From contig JBHGNT010000012.1 of assembly GCA_043228905.1 (NCBI GenBank), positions 6,510,001 through 6,574,000 on the forward strand: DNA of 64,000 nt, given 5' to 3'. The position numbers and the translations under genes were made by a program. Source of the DNA: Azolla caroliniana (taxonomy: Eukaryota > Plantae > Polypodiophyta). Of the stretch, positions 37,827 through 52,300 are shown piece by piece. The notes beneath the pieces are model-generated. The model had not been told where the DNA came from, made no database searches, and saw nothing but the letters and a program-made list of their open reading frames with translations. Positions within the stretch are counted from its first letter, which is position 1. Each line of letters starts with the position of its first letter.

Positions 37827-39372
37827 CTGTCGTGAGTCTCCACAGACTTTTCCCCTTCTTAGTACTAATCCTCATTCTTCCTCTCTATCTTTAGTACTAA
37901 TTCTCCCTATCTCTAGTACTATCTCTAACACCCTCTTGATTCGTTAGTGATGGTATGGCTAATCCCTTTTGGGTCTCTAGGGATCTTTGGTAACTTTCTT
38001 CATCCTTTGCCAACTATCCTCCGGTAACGGAATAGCTACTAGCTTGACCTTCTTATCAATTGTTTTATATTTTGTATTTACTTTGACCAACTCCTCCATA
38101 ATGCTTCATTAGCCTTCGTCGATGCCAGTATACATGTTGATGGAGTTGACTAGAATAGTATGTTGGTCATGAGGACTCATGTCCATGATATTCTCTATTT
38201 CTCCAATTGTATCGTTAAATGAGGCGTCCTCTATGACCCATGATATGTTCCCTTCTTCTTCTAATATTCCGTGTTCTTTTAATGAATCTTCAAATATTCA
38301 CACTTGGCGCTTCTCTCACTCATTGATTGTAGTCATCCCACACATGCCAGTAGGTGTTACAGATAATTTTCCTTCATGCCTTCTTCTTCTTGAGGGCTTG
38401 CTTTTGGTCAAACTATCTTTGCCTCATTATTCAATAGTCCAACTTAAAAAGTTGAGCCCTCATCTCCGAGGCTATCTTGGTTCCTCTCATGATTAGTTCT
38501 CATTGTCAAGAATTGTACAAACTTTGGACCATCAAGACTCTTTACTCGAGCAAAAGCCGCTCCACTGTCGAACACCTTAGTCTCCATCCTTGATGATGTA
38601 ATATAGGGTTTCCCAAGAATCACATAATGGGAAGTCGAATCTTGCAAAAAGAAGTGTTGATGGATCCCTACATCCCCAATTGTGACTTGAATGTTGGGGC
38701 ATACTCCATAAAGATCTTCCATTGCCTTTGTCGTAGTACGAATCTTCCATCCATGGTTCGTGTTGATAGAACATCTTCCGTTCTTGTAGAAATTCGTTGA
38801 CATGAGGTTTTATCTCCAATCCGTGTTCTATATGGGTCACAACCGTCTCTTTCTTCTCTCCAATTTTCAGCAAAGTTTTTGTTGTTGCCAATGGGGTCGT
38901 GTGTAATGAATATCCACTAGATCTTCTTCTTTCTCTTCCATTCTTGCCAGTGTTATGGCATTGGTCATCACCTTTGTTGAAATTTCCTCTTCCTCATCCG
39001 CTTGTTGTCTTTTCCATTTAATAAGATCTACGATGGTCTCATGGAACTCCTTATTTGACTTCCAAGAAATTCTCTCAACATAAGGTTAATATGTCTATTG
39101 AGCACCCTTTCTTCGAGAACCTTCCTTAAGTTAGTTTTTTGTTCTATATCCAACCTCAATTTGTATGTTGGCATGAATCTATCCTTTCCCTTCTTGGCAT
39201 TCTCTTCAAATCCCATTTGCATGGTTTGAGTGGGTTCTTCGGCTCTCTTGTTTGAGCTTCCATCTTCTTGACATATGGACTTGATCATCTCTTCCTTCTT
39301 CTTAGCGCTCCTTGTGTCATGTTTCTTAGAAGGGCCTTCTTCTAGATCCATCCGCTTCCACTTCTTATCCAT

Positions 39373-39842
39373 TGTTCGCCAAAGGCCGAACGAAGTGTGA
39401 AAGGGCCAAAGGATGAAATAATTATATTGTCAAATTATGTAAAGACGAAATATTTATGCATTGCCGAAATATGTAGATTTAATGTAAATAAATAATGGTA
39501 GATCCACAATGATGTATCTAATGACATTGTAATTTCTAGATCTGAAAAGGTATGTCCGATGGTATTTCGGATGACATTGTGACTTCGATGACTTTCCTAT
39601 ATAAAGGGGACATGTGAATTGTATCAAGGGGACTTAATAGAGAGATATTTTTTGGTTATACATTGTCTGTGTCTATGTTGTATTTTGATTTCATAGAATA
39701 AGTGTTGTGTTGTTATTAGCCAATTCAGCCATAGTCAATTCGACCATCAACCTGCCTATGGTTCATTACCATCTCTGCCCACTACCTTCGATGAAGGATA
39801 TCTTGAGAGAAGATATCCAACCCTTGTTACTAGGGAGTAACA
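39373..39842 (+). repeat. LTR-like sequence truncating Gypsy copy 2
   Basis: tgttc...gtaaca termini and ctatataaagg near 39597. No TSD found. Confidence 0.35.
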
Positions 39843-40643
39843 GTGTATGTGTATATACTTGTGTGTGGAGATATTTGTTTGGATAGTAGATGTGTATGCA
39901 TAAAGAAATAATTGTAAAGGAATGTGTTGGTAAATAGTTTGTGGAATAAACATATCAACTAAACTATCAAATTTGTAATAATTGAAAGGGGATTTCGTCA
40001 TTTCCAGATGAGACAGATAGAGACAAAACATACACTACAACAACCCACCTAACAATGAGACATACCCAAAAAACATATAATCAAAATGAAATAACAAAAT
40101 GTTCCATCTAAAATTCTACCAACAGTGTAAACCTTGATGTCACGATCAATGTAACTATAGAACAAGGTGCTTCCATCCACGTTCCGATTCAAACTCACAC
40201 AATATGGCTTCCCTATTCTAATTGCCTATGAATTATCAAATATAAGGAAAAGCGCAAGATCATTCCCACCAACAAGATATTTTGCTTACATATAGTACTT
40301 TTAGGGTATATTTGAGTTGCAAACTAAATGATATATACACAACCAAACTTATGAAAAATAATAATTACCTATCCTTTTCTTTCTTTCTTTTTTTCCAAAA
40401 AAAAACTACTTCCATTAGTTAAGCAATGTACAAAGGATAATTTACAACTCATATCTTACAAGACATCTTGCATGTCGAAGGAAAACAATATGTGTAGATG
40501 AAACAACAAAAAAAAAAACAACTCCAAAGCACCACATCATTCGATGTGTATAGCATTACTCGAACGCATATTCTCCACGTGAGCCTCATACAAATAGAAT
40601 TCAACATAGATGTCCTCCATTCACTCCTCATGGCAGCACCCAT

Positions 40644-41000
40644 CTAGATGTTAGGTACACTTGGAGGGAACAGCCACTGTGGTGGTTGATAATTCCACTT
40701 CACTTTACCATCCATTATCTGCAACATCGACAAACCGCTCCATTTCAGCAAGAAACGAGCTCTAGCTTCTTCACTTGCGTCAGATGGCCCTTGAAGACTT
40801 TCAAACTCACCTCGCAACGTAGAAATAAGATTGAACCAGATCATCATTAAATTCTCAACCGGTGGGGTTCGTTTACCTGCGAAAATCTCCTTGCACTTAG
40901 ATACCCACACTTGCCAGACCGTAAGGCCGACCACTAATACCCATATGTCCACGCAGCGTTCCTGTAAGAAGAATAAACCTCCTTGCGTTGGTTGCACAGA
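40644..41000 (-). mobile_element. L1/Tx1-type LINE ORF2 C-terminal fragment
   Basis: W......TVWQVWVSKCKEIF resembles the W.IW..RN..IF motif found downstream of the zf-RVT domain. Confidence 0.55.
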
Positions 41001-44000
41001 TCCTTGCATCACCTTTAAAGTGCTTATGTAGCACCATATATAAGGAGAAGTACAAGATCTCTCTCTCTCTCTCTCTCCAACCATCTCCAAAACACCACCT
41101 AAGGTTTTGGACTTTTCAGCGAAACCAATAGTTGCATGATACATGATTTGTAAACATGTGAAACAGGTAATATGTCGCATTCCCTTTTTTATATTTACGT
41201 GAGGTGTCAAGAAATACCTTTTTTTACCGATCTTTCAAGAACATATCACGCATGCATACATGATTTTTTAAGACACTGCCCAAATCTACAAGTAATAATT
41301 TTAAGAATGTAAAATCAACATTCATGTATTCAATCTATGATCAATTTATCCAATTCTTAGATAAGATAACGGGAATCCATGCAATTATAATTATATTATG
41401 CTTCATTGTATATAATGTTAAATTCGAATCCCACTTAACAAATTGACGATTTTGATACATGATTTGTAAACATTGAATTTTGATCAATATGTTGGATGAA
41501 GTATATATATAAATATAGGGGTTAGTCATTTTGTACATTATTTTGTAAAATTGGCATTGCCTATTACCTACCATTTTTGTAAAGACCTGAAATTTTGTTC
41601 ACGTTAAAAAACAGTTACGCATGTGGCACCCCTTTGTGTGAAATGACTTATGATGTGCTTTTTTTATACGGAGAGTTCAAAATGTGACCCGGTATTAGAA
41701 ATTGCCTCTTCTACTATCTTTGAGCATTTTGTCATGCCAATCTACATTGGAACAATGCTACTAATTTAGAGGTGTATATGCCTTGTAGCTTTTCATCACA
41801 AAGTTCAACATATTATTAACCTTAGAAGTTATGGTAAACATCTTGGGTTGTTTGTCCATACATACATATATACTTGAGTGAGGAAATGGCTAGCTAGTAT
41901 CCAATAGAAGTTGTTTCTCAAACAACATTGGGGGTTGGAATAGACATCAAAGTTGCCCATAATTTCTTATGTAAGCAAGGGCATTGTCTCACATATGCAC
42001 AATTAATTAGGAGCCGAGAACATGTCAAAGAGCACTTGATGGACCAATTCACTGGTTTATCATTAGGTTGTGTGATTCAAGCCAATGTAACCTAATGATA
42101 ATAGGGTGGTATGGAAAACCAATGAAATTAAGGAAAACTCTTGTTGATGTGTGTTGAGCCAAATAAGCAACATTCTCGTCTTTCAAGTGAGCTAGTCGAA
42201 GATGCACATCAACCACCTCAACCAAAATAGGAATAGGTGTTTGACAATCTCGATGCCAACTTCCTCTATAGTACCCAAATCAACCAAGCAGGTTTTGTGG
42301 AGGACTGTGGAGTTGTCTTGTATTGGAACAAGGACCTTAAAACTCAATGAAGGACCAAATGTATTCTCAAAGTCTTGGCAAATGTGCATGGCTCATAGTA
42401 CAACTAGATAAGCTTGTTTGTGATGGGTTGATAGGATCCAACATTGCTACTTTTTTACGACTAATGATGCAATATACTAACACATAAATTATTAGATTGT
42501 ATCACATTGGTCGTGACTCCAAGTAGGACAAACAACCCAAGATTCAACATTACAACTCATATAAAAAAACATTTTATGTATGTATGGACTTTCCTTATAG
42601 TCCTAGATTTGTCAACATGATTGTGTCTAGTTTACCCAACCACAATGACAATAGATGTTATACCCACTCGAGGGGACAACATTCATAAATATGTGGGTGA
42701 ACATGGCACATGAATTTCCATTGAAGGGGGTTTCAGTAATAAGGGTATAACTATAAAGGAGAAATATTGAAACTCCACTCATGGTTTTTGTTTTCTACAC
42801 GTCTTTAAAGCACAAAATATAGAGATTATTGTTTTCCTTTGATAATTTAATATATATTCTCTTTTTAACTTGCTATGATGCACAAGATTTAAAGACAACA
42901 AGTCCTCTTTGTTAATTTAATATATCCCATAGAAACATTTGTAGCTACACTCCTTGTTTCGATCAAATAATTATAAGCCAATGATAAACTATACTTATAA
43001 TGCAGGTTGTTAATATTTATATAGCTGTGGTAGATGCTATATAGGGACATTGCTATTATGTACATATATTTATAATATGTATAACTATAAATATGTAATA
43101 GGTATGAAAGAAAAGCATGCTTTGATTATTTTTATATAGAGGTAGGTATTGTGTGCAATCAATCAATTGTATATATTGGTCCCGTCATATCTTTTTACCA
43201 ATAAATAATAAATGTAGATACCAGCCTTTACAAGTTGAAGTAATGAATGTATGAGCAAAAAATGGAATGAGCACACAAATATTAATGAAGGCATTATATA
43301 TCAATAGCCATAATTGAATAATTAGGTATGCAAACCGATATGATAAGGAGTATATACATATATAAATATATATCGATAAGGATATATTATATTTTAATAT
43401 ATAGATAGATATTTATACTAGAGAGGAGTACATATTTGTGTAACGGAAAGGATATAGAAAATTATAAAGATATGAAATGGTGGTACATCAAAGGACGATA
43501 CTTTAGACCACGTTTTTTCTTTTATTTGTGAACTCTTACATGGTGACTCATCATTGTTTATTTTTCTGGCTAGGTCTACAAATTGGGTGCTCAAATGAGC
43601 CCTTTAGTATTTACACGAAGGGCTACGTCATATGTACCCACGTGATGAACATCATTAACATACATAAATAGGTGTTGCAATATATGACCTCATTAAAAGT
43701 TGCAGAAAGCGATATATCGGCATATTGTAAACCATACAAGTTATGACTAAATTGAGTTCTTATCTTGAATGCCTTTGCATCTACACATCAAATACACCTC
43801 TAAGGCTACAACTTACAAGTTACAACCACCGTCTATGTGTCTAATACATAACCTAAATGCATAACTTCATTCCCTCAATCCTTTTCATTTTGTTTCAAAA
43901 GTAAGACATTAAGGTTTCGAGCGAGCCAAAACATCAACATATAGAGCCATTAGGAGAAGTGTGATGTGTATGTGTGAATGAGTACAAGTGCATATAGTTG

Positions 44001-45264
44001 ATGGGGTTTACGGGGATTATTTAAAGGTTGGGACTAAGATATAAGTATGGGGTAGGTAGGTTTCTACCAAGTGATACACAACCCAAAGTAACCATGTTTT
44101 GACAATAGAGTTCTAATATAAATCTTTCTAGGCACACATAAGCATAGTATGCACAGAAAGTGGTCGACGCAAACCCAAACATGATTTTTATACCTATGGT
44201 TTATGGTTAGGTCGAGCACCACACCTTGCTAGTTGTCATGCTTGTACATGCAAGCTTCTTTATGTGCCTTCATACATTGGGCATAGAAAACTAATAAAGT
44301 AGAATAAAGACATTATCACTTTCTCAACCTTTTTTAATCTCACTTTTATGCCCCACAATGTCTCCGCTAGGAAATAAACATGTCAAGTGCTCAAAACTTC
44401 AAAAGAAAAGAATTGACCATTCCACTCCAAGTATAATATCCTATTTAATATATATATCTGAAATAATTGATTGTAAATATGAGTAGTTTAAGGTAATGCG
44501 GCATTATTGATGCTCATATATTGAAAAACAAATAGATGAAAAACCACTAGCTTGGAATGGTTTTTTTAATGCCAAATATACTGCAATAGCATTAGTCACT
44601 TGAAGACTGGAGTGTATTGTATGCCATTTATTATGTGTGAAGTGTTAATAATCTAAACAATGCTCAATAAAGCATGGGCATATATGTAATTTAAAGTTTT
44701 AATTACCACAATATTGTGATATTGTCAAGAATGGGGGTAGCTACATGGGAAGAGGGACTCTCAAAGTTGTGTCATAGCTACAGGGACGAGAACATGTTAA
44801 ATCACCAATAGCCTAGACAAATACTCCATGGAGGAATGAATTTTGACTTGCTCCAATAAACAAAACTACCACATTATACTCCCTTCAGCTTTTGTAGAAA
44901 TGCTCTAACTCCATGTCTACCATCAAATACAAACGCATTATTGATGTTCCAATTATGATGCAACCCCCAATATCACAAAAATAGGAAAATGATCTCCATC
45001 TCCGATTTTATGTCAATCTTTGTGAATTGTTTAAACACTCATTGTCGTCGACCCAAAAAACAATACACAACAAAACTTGTGAAGTCTAAGATATGTAACT
45101 CCAAATTTGACGAGCAATTGAACATTGTATGAAATGATGAATACCAACTTCTGCTTGAACTATGTAAAAGATGTTATTGCTAGTCCACATCTACTTAGAG
45201 CTAATCCAAAGGCAAACCTCCAATCAACACTCTCCAAATGAAGACCTTCGCGAGAAATGAACAT

Positions 45265-45750
45265 TTGGAATGAGATCTTTTTGCAACACTAAGGTATCTT
45301 GACATGGGAGAAATGTGGAGGCTCACATTTCACACATTATACCACATATGTTGTAGCTAACTACAAAACTATATTCTTCGCCGAGCGGGAAAACTGCACA
45401 CATCGATACATGTTAGAGCCCATTCTATGCAATTTGGCTCACTTGCACTATGATGTGAGATGGAGCATCAGGGCACTAGTGATAAGAATAGTTGAATATG
45501 CATTTTTTTCCTAAAACAAGTTTTTGGAGTATGAGTCACTTTTTGATACAATGTTCTACCTTTGATCACATTCAACTATGCTTTCCACACAACTTCAATC
45601 AAACCCAATCATTGCATGAATTTCTTTCACAGTTACAATGTTTACTCTCAATTGCAACATTGATTAGTAAAGTTCTTGACCATCGAGAGTCACTGCTCAT
45701 AGGTCATATTTTACCTTTGAATATGAGAATACAACCTCTCTCCCTCCTTC
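45265..45750 (+). mobile_element. 3' fragment of the RTE-group LINE family, more diverged
   Basis: TWEKCGGSHFTHYTT...LIQCSTFDHI...HEFLSQ is homologous to 30090-30620. Ends in a TC-rich tract. Confidence 0.85.
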
Positions 45751-48700
45751 AAATATGCAAGAGATAAGATATATGCATCACAATGCTAAGGTAATATTAT
45801 GTGTATAGCATGCAACATACACTAGATTTCATATCATGGGAATATGTTATACACAATTACAAATATTCAATAATCTCTTTTTTTATTCAAGGTAAGGTCG
45901 TTAGTTAATTTGGCATGTCATGGGCATCTTTATTTTTCTCTCTCTTTCTTCTTGTCTTGCTTGCTTGTTTAAAGGTTTTCAAACATTAGCCTCTCATGGA
46001 TTGGGAGATGTACTAATAAGACCATGGAAAATAGAATTTTAGCATGCTATTTGACATGCAAAATTTGTAAGGGCCTTTCACATGAAAATGGAAATTTAAA
46101 CTTTATATGTCACTTGATGGGCATTTTTACTATGTGTATGTTTTTGACAAGCAAAATGGCCTTTGCCAGGCATGACACCCGTCAAATGGTCATATTTCAA
46201 TATTGAGCCATCTTCGTGATTAATATAGCACTTCCATATTCATGTGTCCTTTAGTGACAAATTTTGAGTCTTCTATCCGAGTTTTATTACACTTTTTAGG
46301 GATTGCACGCACTAGCACATGCATACTTATCATTTATTTTACCATACGTTCACACTTTGTTATCTTGTCCTTTAGAGCTAGAAGTTTTGGATAGATTCTA
46401 ATGACAAGACTTACATAGCAAACACTTTTTCTAGATTTGTTCAATTTAGCTTCTTTACCCAAGTCCCACACCCGAAACAATGACACACACTCATTAGAGA
46501 TAACCTTCTATCTTGTATGTAATATCCGTGTTATTGAGTTGTGTGCAACATATCATTCATTTCCTAATGTAAATTATGAATGTTATCAAGACATCAAGTT
46601 GTTGCATTACCAGGTTTGGATGTACCAAGAACGCGTCATTTGTCAAGGGTGGGTGTTGTTAAGTGATATGTTGAGAAATAACCATGGCACAGACATTTGT
46701 GCTTGTTCGTCTAGCACAATATGTATCCCACTATCTCCAAATGACAATATGGCTTTGCCATATTAATTGGTGCCTCAAAATTGGTGTTAAGCCTTTCAAC
46801 GGTCTCCTCTTAAGTTGACATCATCTATTGGCACTTACGAACTTATATTTTCTTTCTATTCAAACATCTTTATTTTGTTCAATGCTTTCTAGTCTTGATA
46901 TATTTTTTCCATTACCTTCCTATAAGTTATTTATTCTTCAATTTTTCTAGTTTTAGTCTTTTAACATACTAATTACACATTGTTTCATATGATTCCAAAC
47001 GTATCTTGTTTGGCGTGGCATATTTCATATTTTCTTCAACCCCTTTAACTTCTAATTTCATTTGATTATCTTCCTCCTCTAATCCGCCAAGGATGAAGGT
47101 TTCGATATTTATTAGTTGTTAGGCTCTTTCACTTGGATATGTTTTGCTTTGCCCATGAACTTTACTTCTTCTCCCAATCTCTTAGTTCTACATAAAACAA
47201 ACATAGGATTACACTTAGCTACTCATTATTGCAGTCACCCAATGTTAAACCTTGGACCATGCGTATGACCTCAACCTCTCATCTATCCTTGGTGCATCCT
47301 ATTGAAACTAGTGTTATTTGTGTCTCTATTTGTTGCAAAACTATCAATGAGCCCTTCGCTTTATACTTGTGGCATATCCTCATGTCGATAATGCCTCACA
47401 TTTGCTTTTGCGTGGTTTTTGGGTTCTACATTGGATGCACTATACATATATCCATGTTTCATCCATATCTGGTTGGGAACTTTGTTCATTAGAGCGTTGA
47501 TATACACTACTAAAGCCACAAAGACCTTGATATTTACTTTTTATTCAACGCATCTTTCAACTCTTACATAATCAAGGCAATATCTCCAAATACATTAAAC
47601 TCAATGCGACATATTGGAATGTGTCACACAAGAGGGCAAGGTCTAAGGTTCCAATGAACATGCAACAAGTATGAATGCAATGGAAGAAAGATGTTGGCGC
47701 ATTTGAATTAGTGCTTTGCAGTTGAAGAGAAATGGCAAAAGAAAATTGAGGACTAATAACCAACCAATCATTGGTCCTTGTATTAAGTGAAAATAAGTAA
47801 ACAATAGGTTGAATCTTGGAAATCATATAATTAAGCAAAGCAAGGGGGAGTAGAGGAAGGGCATGCTCATTGTGTTAAGAGTATGATCCATATGTAATGA
47901 GTGTAAATTCCAGTATAATACAACATGTTATTGAGTGGTCTATTTTATTATTGAGCGAGTCACAAGTCATCTACCATGTGTGTAAAATGCATCATTTTAA
48001 GGAGGGTGTTTGTGTGTGTGTGATAGAGATATATAGTTATGATATCTTTTTAACGTCCACTATTATGATCCTTTGACTAACCAAGAGCATGACCATTGAA
48101 TCAAGATATTGAATTATGCCCACCTTTGACAAACAACCTATTCTTATTAGTACTTGATGATGTAGGAACATGGTTAGTTTCCTCTAAATTGGGAGCAAGC
48201 ATATGTTGTCAGAAAATTTTGGATTACTTTTCTAATCATAATCTTACGTACCATATCGAAAGCTAATTTTAATGGTATCGTATTTTAGTCCTTTATGTGA
48301 CACATATTGTAGAGTTGGGCCGTCAATTCTCTATTTCCAATAAAATATCACTAGATATATTTATTTCATAGTTCCAAACTAGTGAAGAATCCTTACAAAT
48401 ACTTTGTATCACATCTTGCAACAATAAACAAAAACCATAAAATCCTACTCCCCCCAACTAATAATAAGACCACAAATGAAAAAGATCTTACAACGGTCGA
48501 CTTTTTTCATAACACTAAATATTGTTTCAATTCAACCCCTTTACTAAACAATTTTGTTCCTTTAAAGAGCATAGAATCATCTCAATAGTCCATGTGTCAT
48601 GTGACATGTGTTGTTGGTCCTCCGGTTGTCCTTGCACTGGTCTTTGTTGCAAAGTACCTCTTAATAATGTTTTGAAAGCTTTCCATCTATAAGTTTGCAC

Positions 48701-49417
48701 CTACATCATATAATTATTAATAACACATTTAAAATATATTTTCCCACATCTGACATGAAACAAGCTTTAGATGACACTTTTTTTAGTTTAAATATCACAT
48801 TTTGTCTTGATACAAGTTTGTTTTGTTCGACCATTGTACTATCGTAGAGTCTTGGATTACTTTAATAATGCACATGTCACTTATTGCATCAGTTGGAGGT
48901 CCTTTGGTTGTCCCAACTCCTTAATCTATATTACTCTTATCTTTTTCGGAAAGTAACTCTCAGCATTTTCAAAAGTGCTCCACTCAATAGGAAAGCTTGT
49001 AATAAATTGTACCATATCACGTGATCCTTAACAAAAATGAATATATATGTATAACTTCCCTAGTAATGTATATATGTAAGAGTTCCACATGAAAATCTAC
49101 AAATGAAAATATCTTTTTCCTTTCATTACGTCAGAAGGTTGCATCATTTTGAGCCTCAAATCTCGATATAACATGGTGTGTCCCACATGTTAATGTATTT
49201 TTCTACACTATATTTATTTTCACAAAGATATATTGTCTTCGTATAACGTGAATTTCTCTACAAGAACTTGATACGTTAAAAAAGAAAATTATGATAAGGA
49301 AAAGAAAAAATAATTAAACTGACATGGAGATGCATGCTTTTGTCAAACCTACGTGGGATCTAGGTAAGGAAACACCTTTACAGCTAAGGTGATCTGGCCC
49401 ATGTCGATCCTATTAGT

Positions 49418-49424
49418 TATATAA
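49418..49424 (+). promoter_or_regulatory. Putative TATA box of the glyoxalase-like gene
   Basis: tatataa followed by a CT-rich leader, about 190 bp upstream of the ATG. Confidence 0.4.
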
Positions 49425-49612
49425 TCTCTCCATCCTCTTCTTCTTCATTACAATTCATTCTCTTCTACTTCATCATCATTGTCTACATATCAGTTTAGGA
49501 TATCATCTTCTTCTTAACAATTTATTGCTTTTAGTATCTAGTCATCTAATTTTCAATCGCTCACACACATTCCAAATCAGTCTTAAGATAAATTTACACT
49601 TATACTTGGAAA

Positions 49613-50681
49613 ATGAAGACCAAAGGTGTTTCTCGTGCATTACCTCTCTCCTCGATCAACCATATTTCAGTGCTATGCTCAAGTGTAGAGAAATCGGTTG
49701 CGTTTTATGAACAAGTTCTTGGGTTTGCTCCTATTAAACGACCCGGTTCTTTCAACTTTGATGGTGCATGGTAAATATCACACAAATTTATGCTTTGCAA
49801 CCAATATTAGCTACAACAATACCAATATCTTGGCATTGTATTGTAATATATGTGTTTGGGCAACACAAGCATGACATGGGATTTATAAGTTAATGAGTCT
49901 TACATTAAATTTATCATTTTTTGAATCTTTTAGTATATTTTTATGATTGTTTTGAATATTGGATATATATCTTTATTTGTTTGCTTGAATGGGTAAGTTT
50001 AGAATATGCACCTTTGTATTTTTTTCAATCAATCAAGTCAACATTGGATGTTTTGTATGTTATAGGTTGTTCAATTATGGTATTGGGATTCACTTAATCG
50101 AGGCACCTCACCCTAGCGTTCTCCCCAAAAAGTCAGATATTAATCCAAAGGATAATCACATCTCTTTCCAAGTAAGGCCGAGCACATCATGCTTTGTGTG
50201 CATACATATCTATCTATCTATATATATATATTATTGTTGAGACTCTCTTTAGTAATGAATCCTTTGAAATATTCATGTAGTCAATTGTTTAAAGTCTAAG
50301 GGACTTAGGAAACTTATCACTAACTTCTTAGAATTTAGGGAACGATTATTATTTCACATGATTTTTTAGGTCGAATGTAATAATATGACATATGACCCCT
50401 TACAGTGCCAAGAAGGTATTCAACAAGTGGAGCAAAGGCTCAAGGACTTAGGGGTTAGGTATCTAAAGCTACAAGTAATAGAAGGGGGCGTGTTAGTGGA
50501 TCAAATCTTCTTCCATGATCCAGATGGTTTCATGATTGAGGTTTGCACATGTGACAACCTTCCTGTCGTGCCCCTCAATTCAACAAGTAATAATGGAGGA
50601 TCAGCATGTCGTACGATGCTCTCAAGATCTTGCAGTACTACACAACTAAGTGAATTGGGTGTCGATCAACTCACTACTTAA
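49613..50681 (+). CDS. Glyoxalase I-like / VOC (lactoylglutathione lyase family) protein, 3 exons (49613-49770, 50066-50171, 50406-50681), 179 aa
   Basis: Spliced frame is intact with GT-AG introns. Motifs SINHIS...FYEQVLGF..IKRPGSFNFDGAWLFNYGIGIHL, INPKDNHISFQC and VDQIFFHDPDGFMIEVCTCDNLP. Confidence 0.93.
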
Positions 50682-51700
50682 AATTCGTGGAGACTTAACA
50701 TACTAATTCAACTTTGTCAGTGGCATCTTATTCATGTGATCCCTTTCAATGAGTAGTTATTCTTGGTATAATTTCTTTGATATGTAAACTTATTTTCTCT
50801 CTTCCTCTCTCATAGGTTATAGTTATTCTAGTTGAAGGTCTTATGCAAATCCATATTGATTGTCACCCCTTCTAGTTATCTCTTACCTCTCAATTTAAAC
50901 CCTTAAAACAATTGTCAATCTTTCATAGTGTTAAACCATGTCACGATCATTTTCTTGACCCCATTCTTATTTAATGTATTGGCACGTATATTCATAATAC
51001 AAAACAGTTCAGAGTGAAGTTTTGGACTTCGTAATGGTAGTTTCCTTGTATTTCAATCAAACATATACTCAAATCATCATATAATTGTAGGTACTGCAGT
51101 TTTTTGGTACCACCAAAATGGAATATAAATTAATAGTGATAGTAAGTGTTGTTACAAATGATATTGTATCAATTTTTGGAGTTTTGGAAAAAGGAACATT
51201 ATATTGTAATGTGTTTTGACACCAACAAATTACCATATAACTAAAATTTAAGAATCAACTCTATGGTTATGTATGCATTTCTTCACCTAAAAGAACAATA
51301 TGAGAGTTCATGTTGATCCAACTAGAAACTCGTCTGGATTTAAAAAAAATGGAACCAATTATCATTTGTTGCACTACCGTGGTTTTTTTGCTATCTAGTT
51401 TGGTTGAGTGAGGAAAACCCCCATCTCAAGAAGATATGGCATAACAATTTTTTATCTTCCCCATCTCAAGAAGATAGTGCTCCATGAAGGTTATTCTTAA
51501 TTTAGATGAATTTTGTTTTTTTCAAGCCTTTTTAGGTGCCAAGCGGTGATATGGCTATTTCATTAAAAATTTGAACTCAATCTTTGACCTTTTAAGGACT
51601 ATGAATATTCCAATAAGTCTCATGTTTTCCAAATTAATGCTTTTCCAATGATAGGAATCGACTTCCTTTGGGAAACTTTGAAAAGTTGACGTTTATAGAC

Positions 51701-52300
51701 ATGTCACAACTTTCACATCACAAATTCAAATTGAGTCCTTTTTTCTCTTTAGTGTTCTAGAACGTTCCATTAATATTGTTTCAATTGATAGGTCATATAA
51801 CATGATTTTGATAACAACCATAGTTTAAAATTTAGGCACTACGCAATTCGGAAGTACATTGATTCCATGATGTTTCTTAGACAATCTAATTTTGAGTCCA
51901 ATTTTTTATTTATGTACCTCTTGTGCTTGCACCATCCACGATTGTTAGAAATATTGAGAATTGACTAGATAGGCATATAGAGTTACACTCACAAAGATGT
52001 AAGAAATGTCACAACTTTCACATCACAAATTCGAATCAAGTCCTCTCTCTTTGGTGTTCTAGAACATTCCACTAATATTATTTCAATGATAGATCAAATA
52101 ACATGATTTTGGTAGCCATAGTTAAAAAATTTAGACATTATGCGATTTGGAAATACATTGAGGCCATGAGATTTCTTAGACAATCTAATTTGGAGTCCAA
52201 CTTTTTATTTATGTGCCTCTTGTGCTTGCACAATCCACAATTGTTAGAAACATTGAGAATTAACTAGATAAGCATATAGAGTTAAACTCACAAAGATGTA
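51701..52300. repeat. About 305-bp tandem duplication, 2 copies
   Basis: atgtcacaactttcacatcacaaattc...ctcacaaagatgta occurs at 51701 and 52006. Confidence 0.9.

Larger units (their letters stand above)
27469..37930 (+). mobile_element. Full-length chromovirus (Tcn1/Tf1-sushi-like Gypsy) with a LINE in each LTR
   Basis: TSD CCCTC at 27464-27468 and 37931-37935. LTRs at 27469-30680 and 35136-37930. PPT aaagggggggaatag at 35121-35135. Domain order gag, PR, RT, RH, INT, chromodomain. Confidence 0.92.
24769..39372 (-). mobile_element. Fungal-like Gypsy copy 2; older host of three nested insertions
   Basis: Integrase/RH remnants 24769-25600. RT with LPQGATNY and FVDD at 25952-26296. RT N-terminus at 27250-27468. 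Continues at 37936-39372 with YKTIDKKV and protease-region motifs homologous to 15950-16825. Confidence 0.82.

Noticed and set aside
41100-49300. Short ORFs in AT-rich intergenic DNA
   Set aside because: Apart from the 45.3-45.7 kb LINE fragment, no motifs or splice-consistent frames were recognised. Very old TE relics cannot be excluded.
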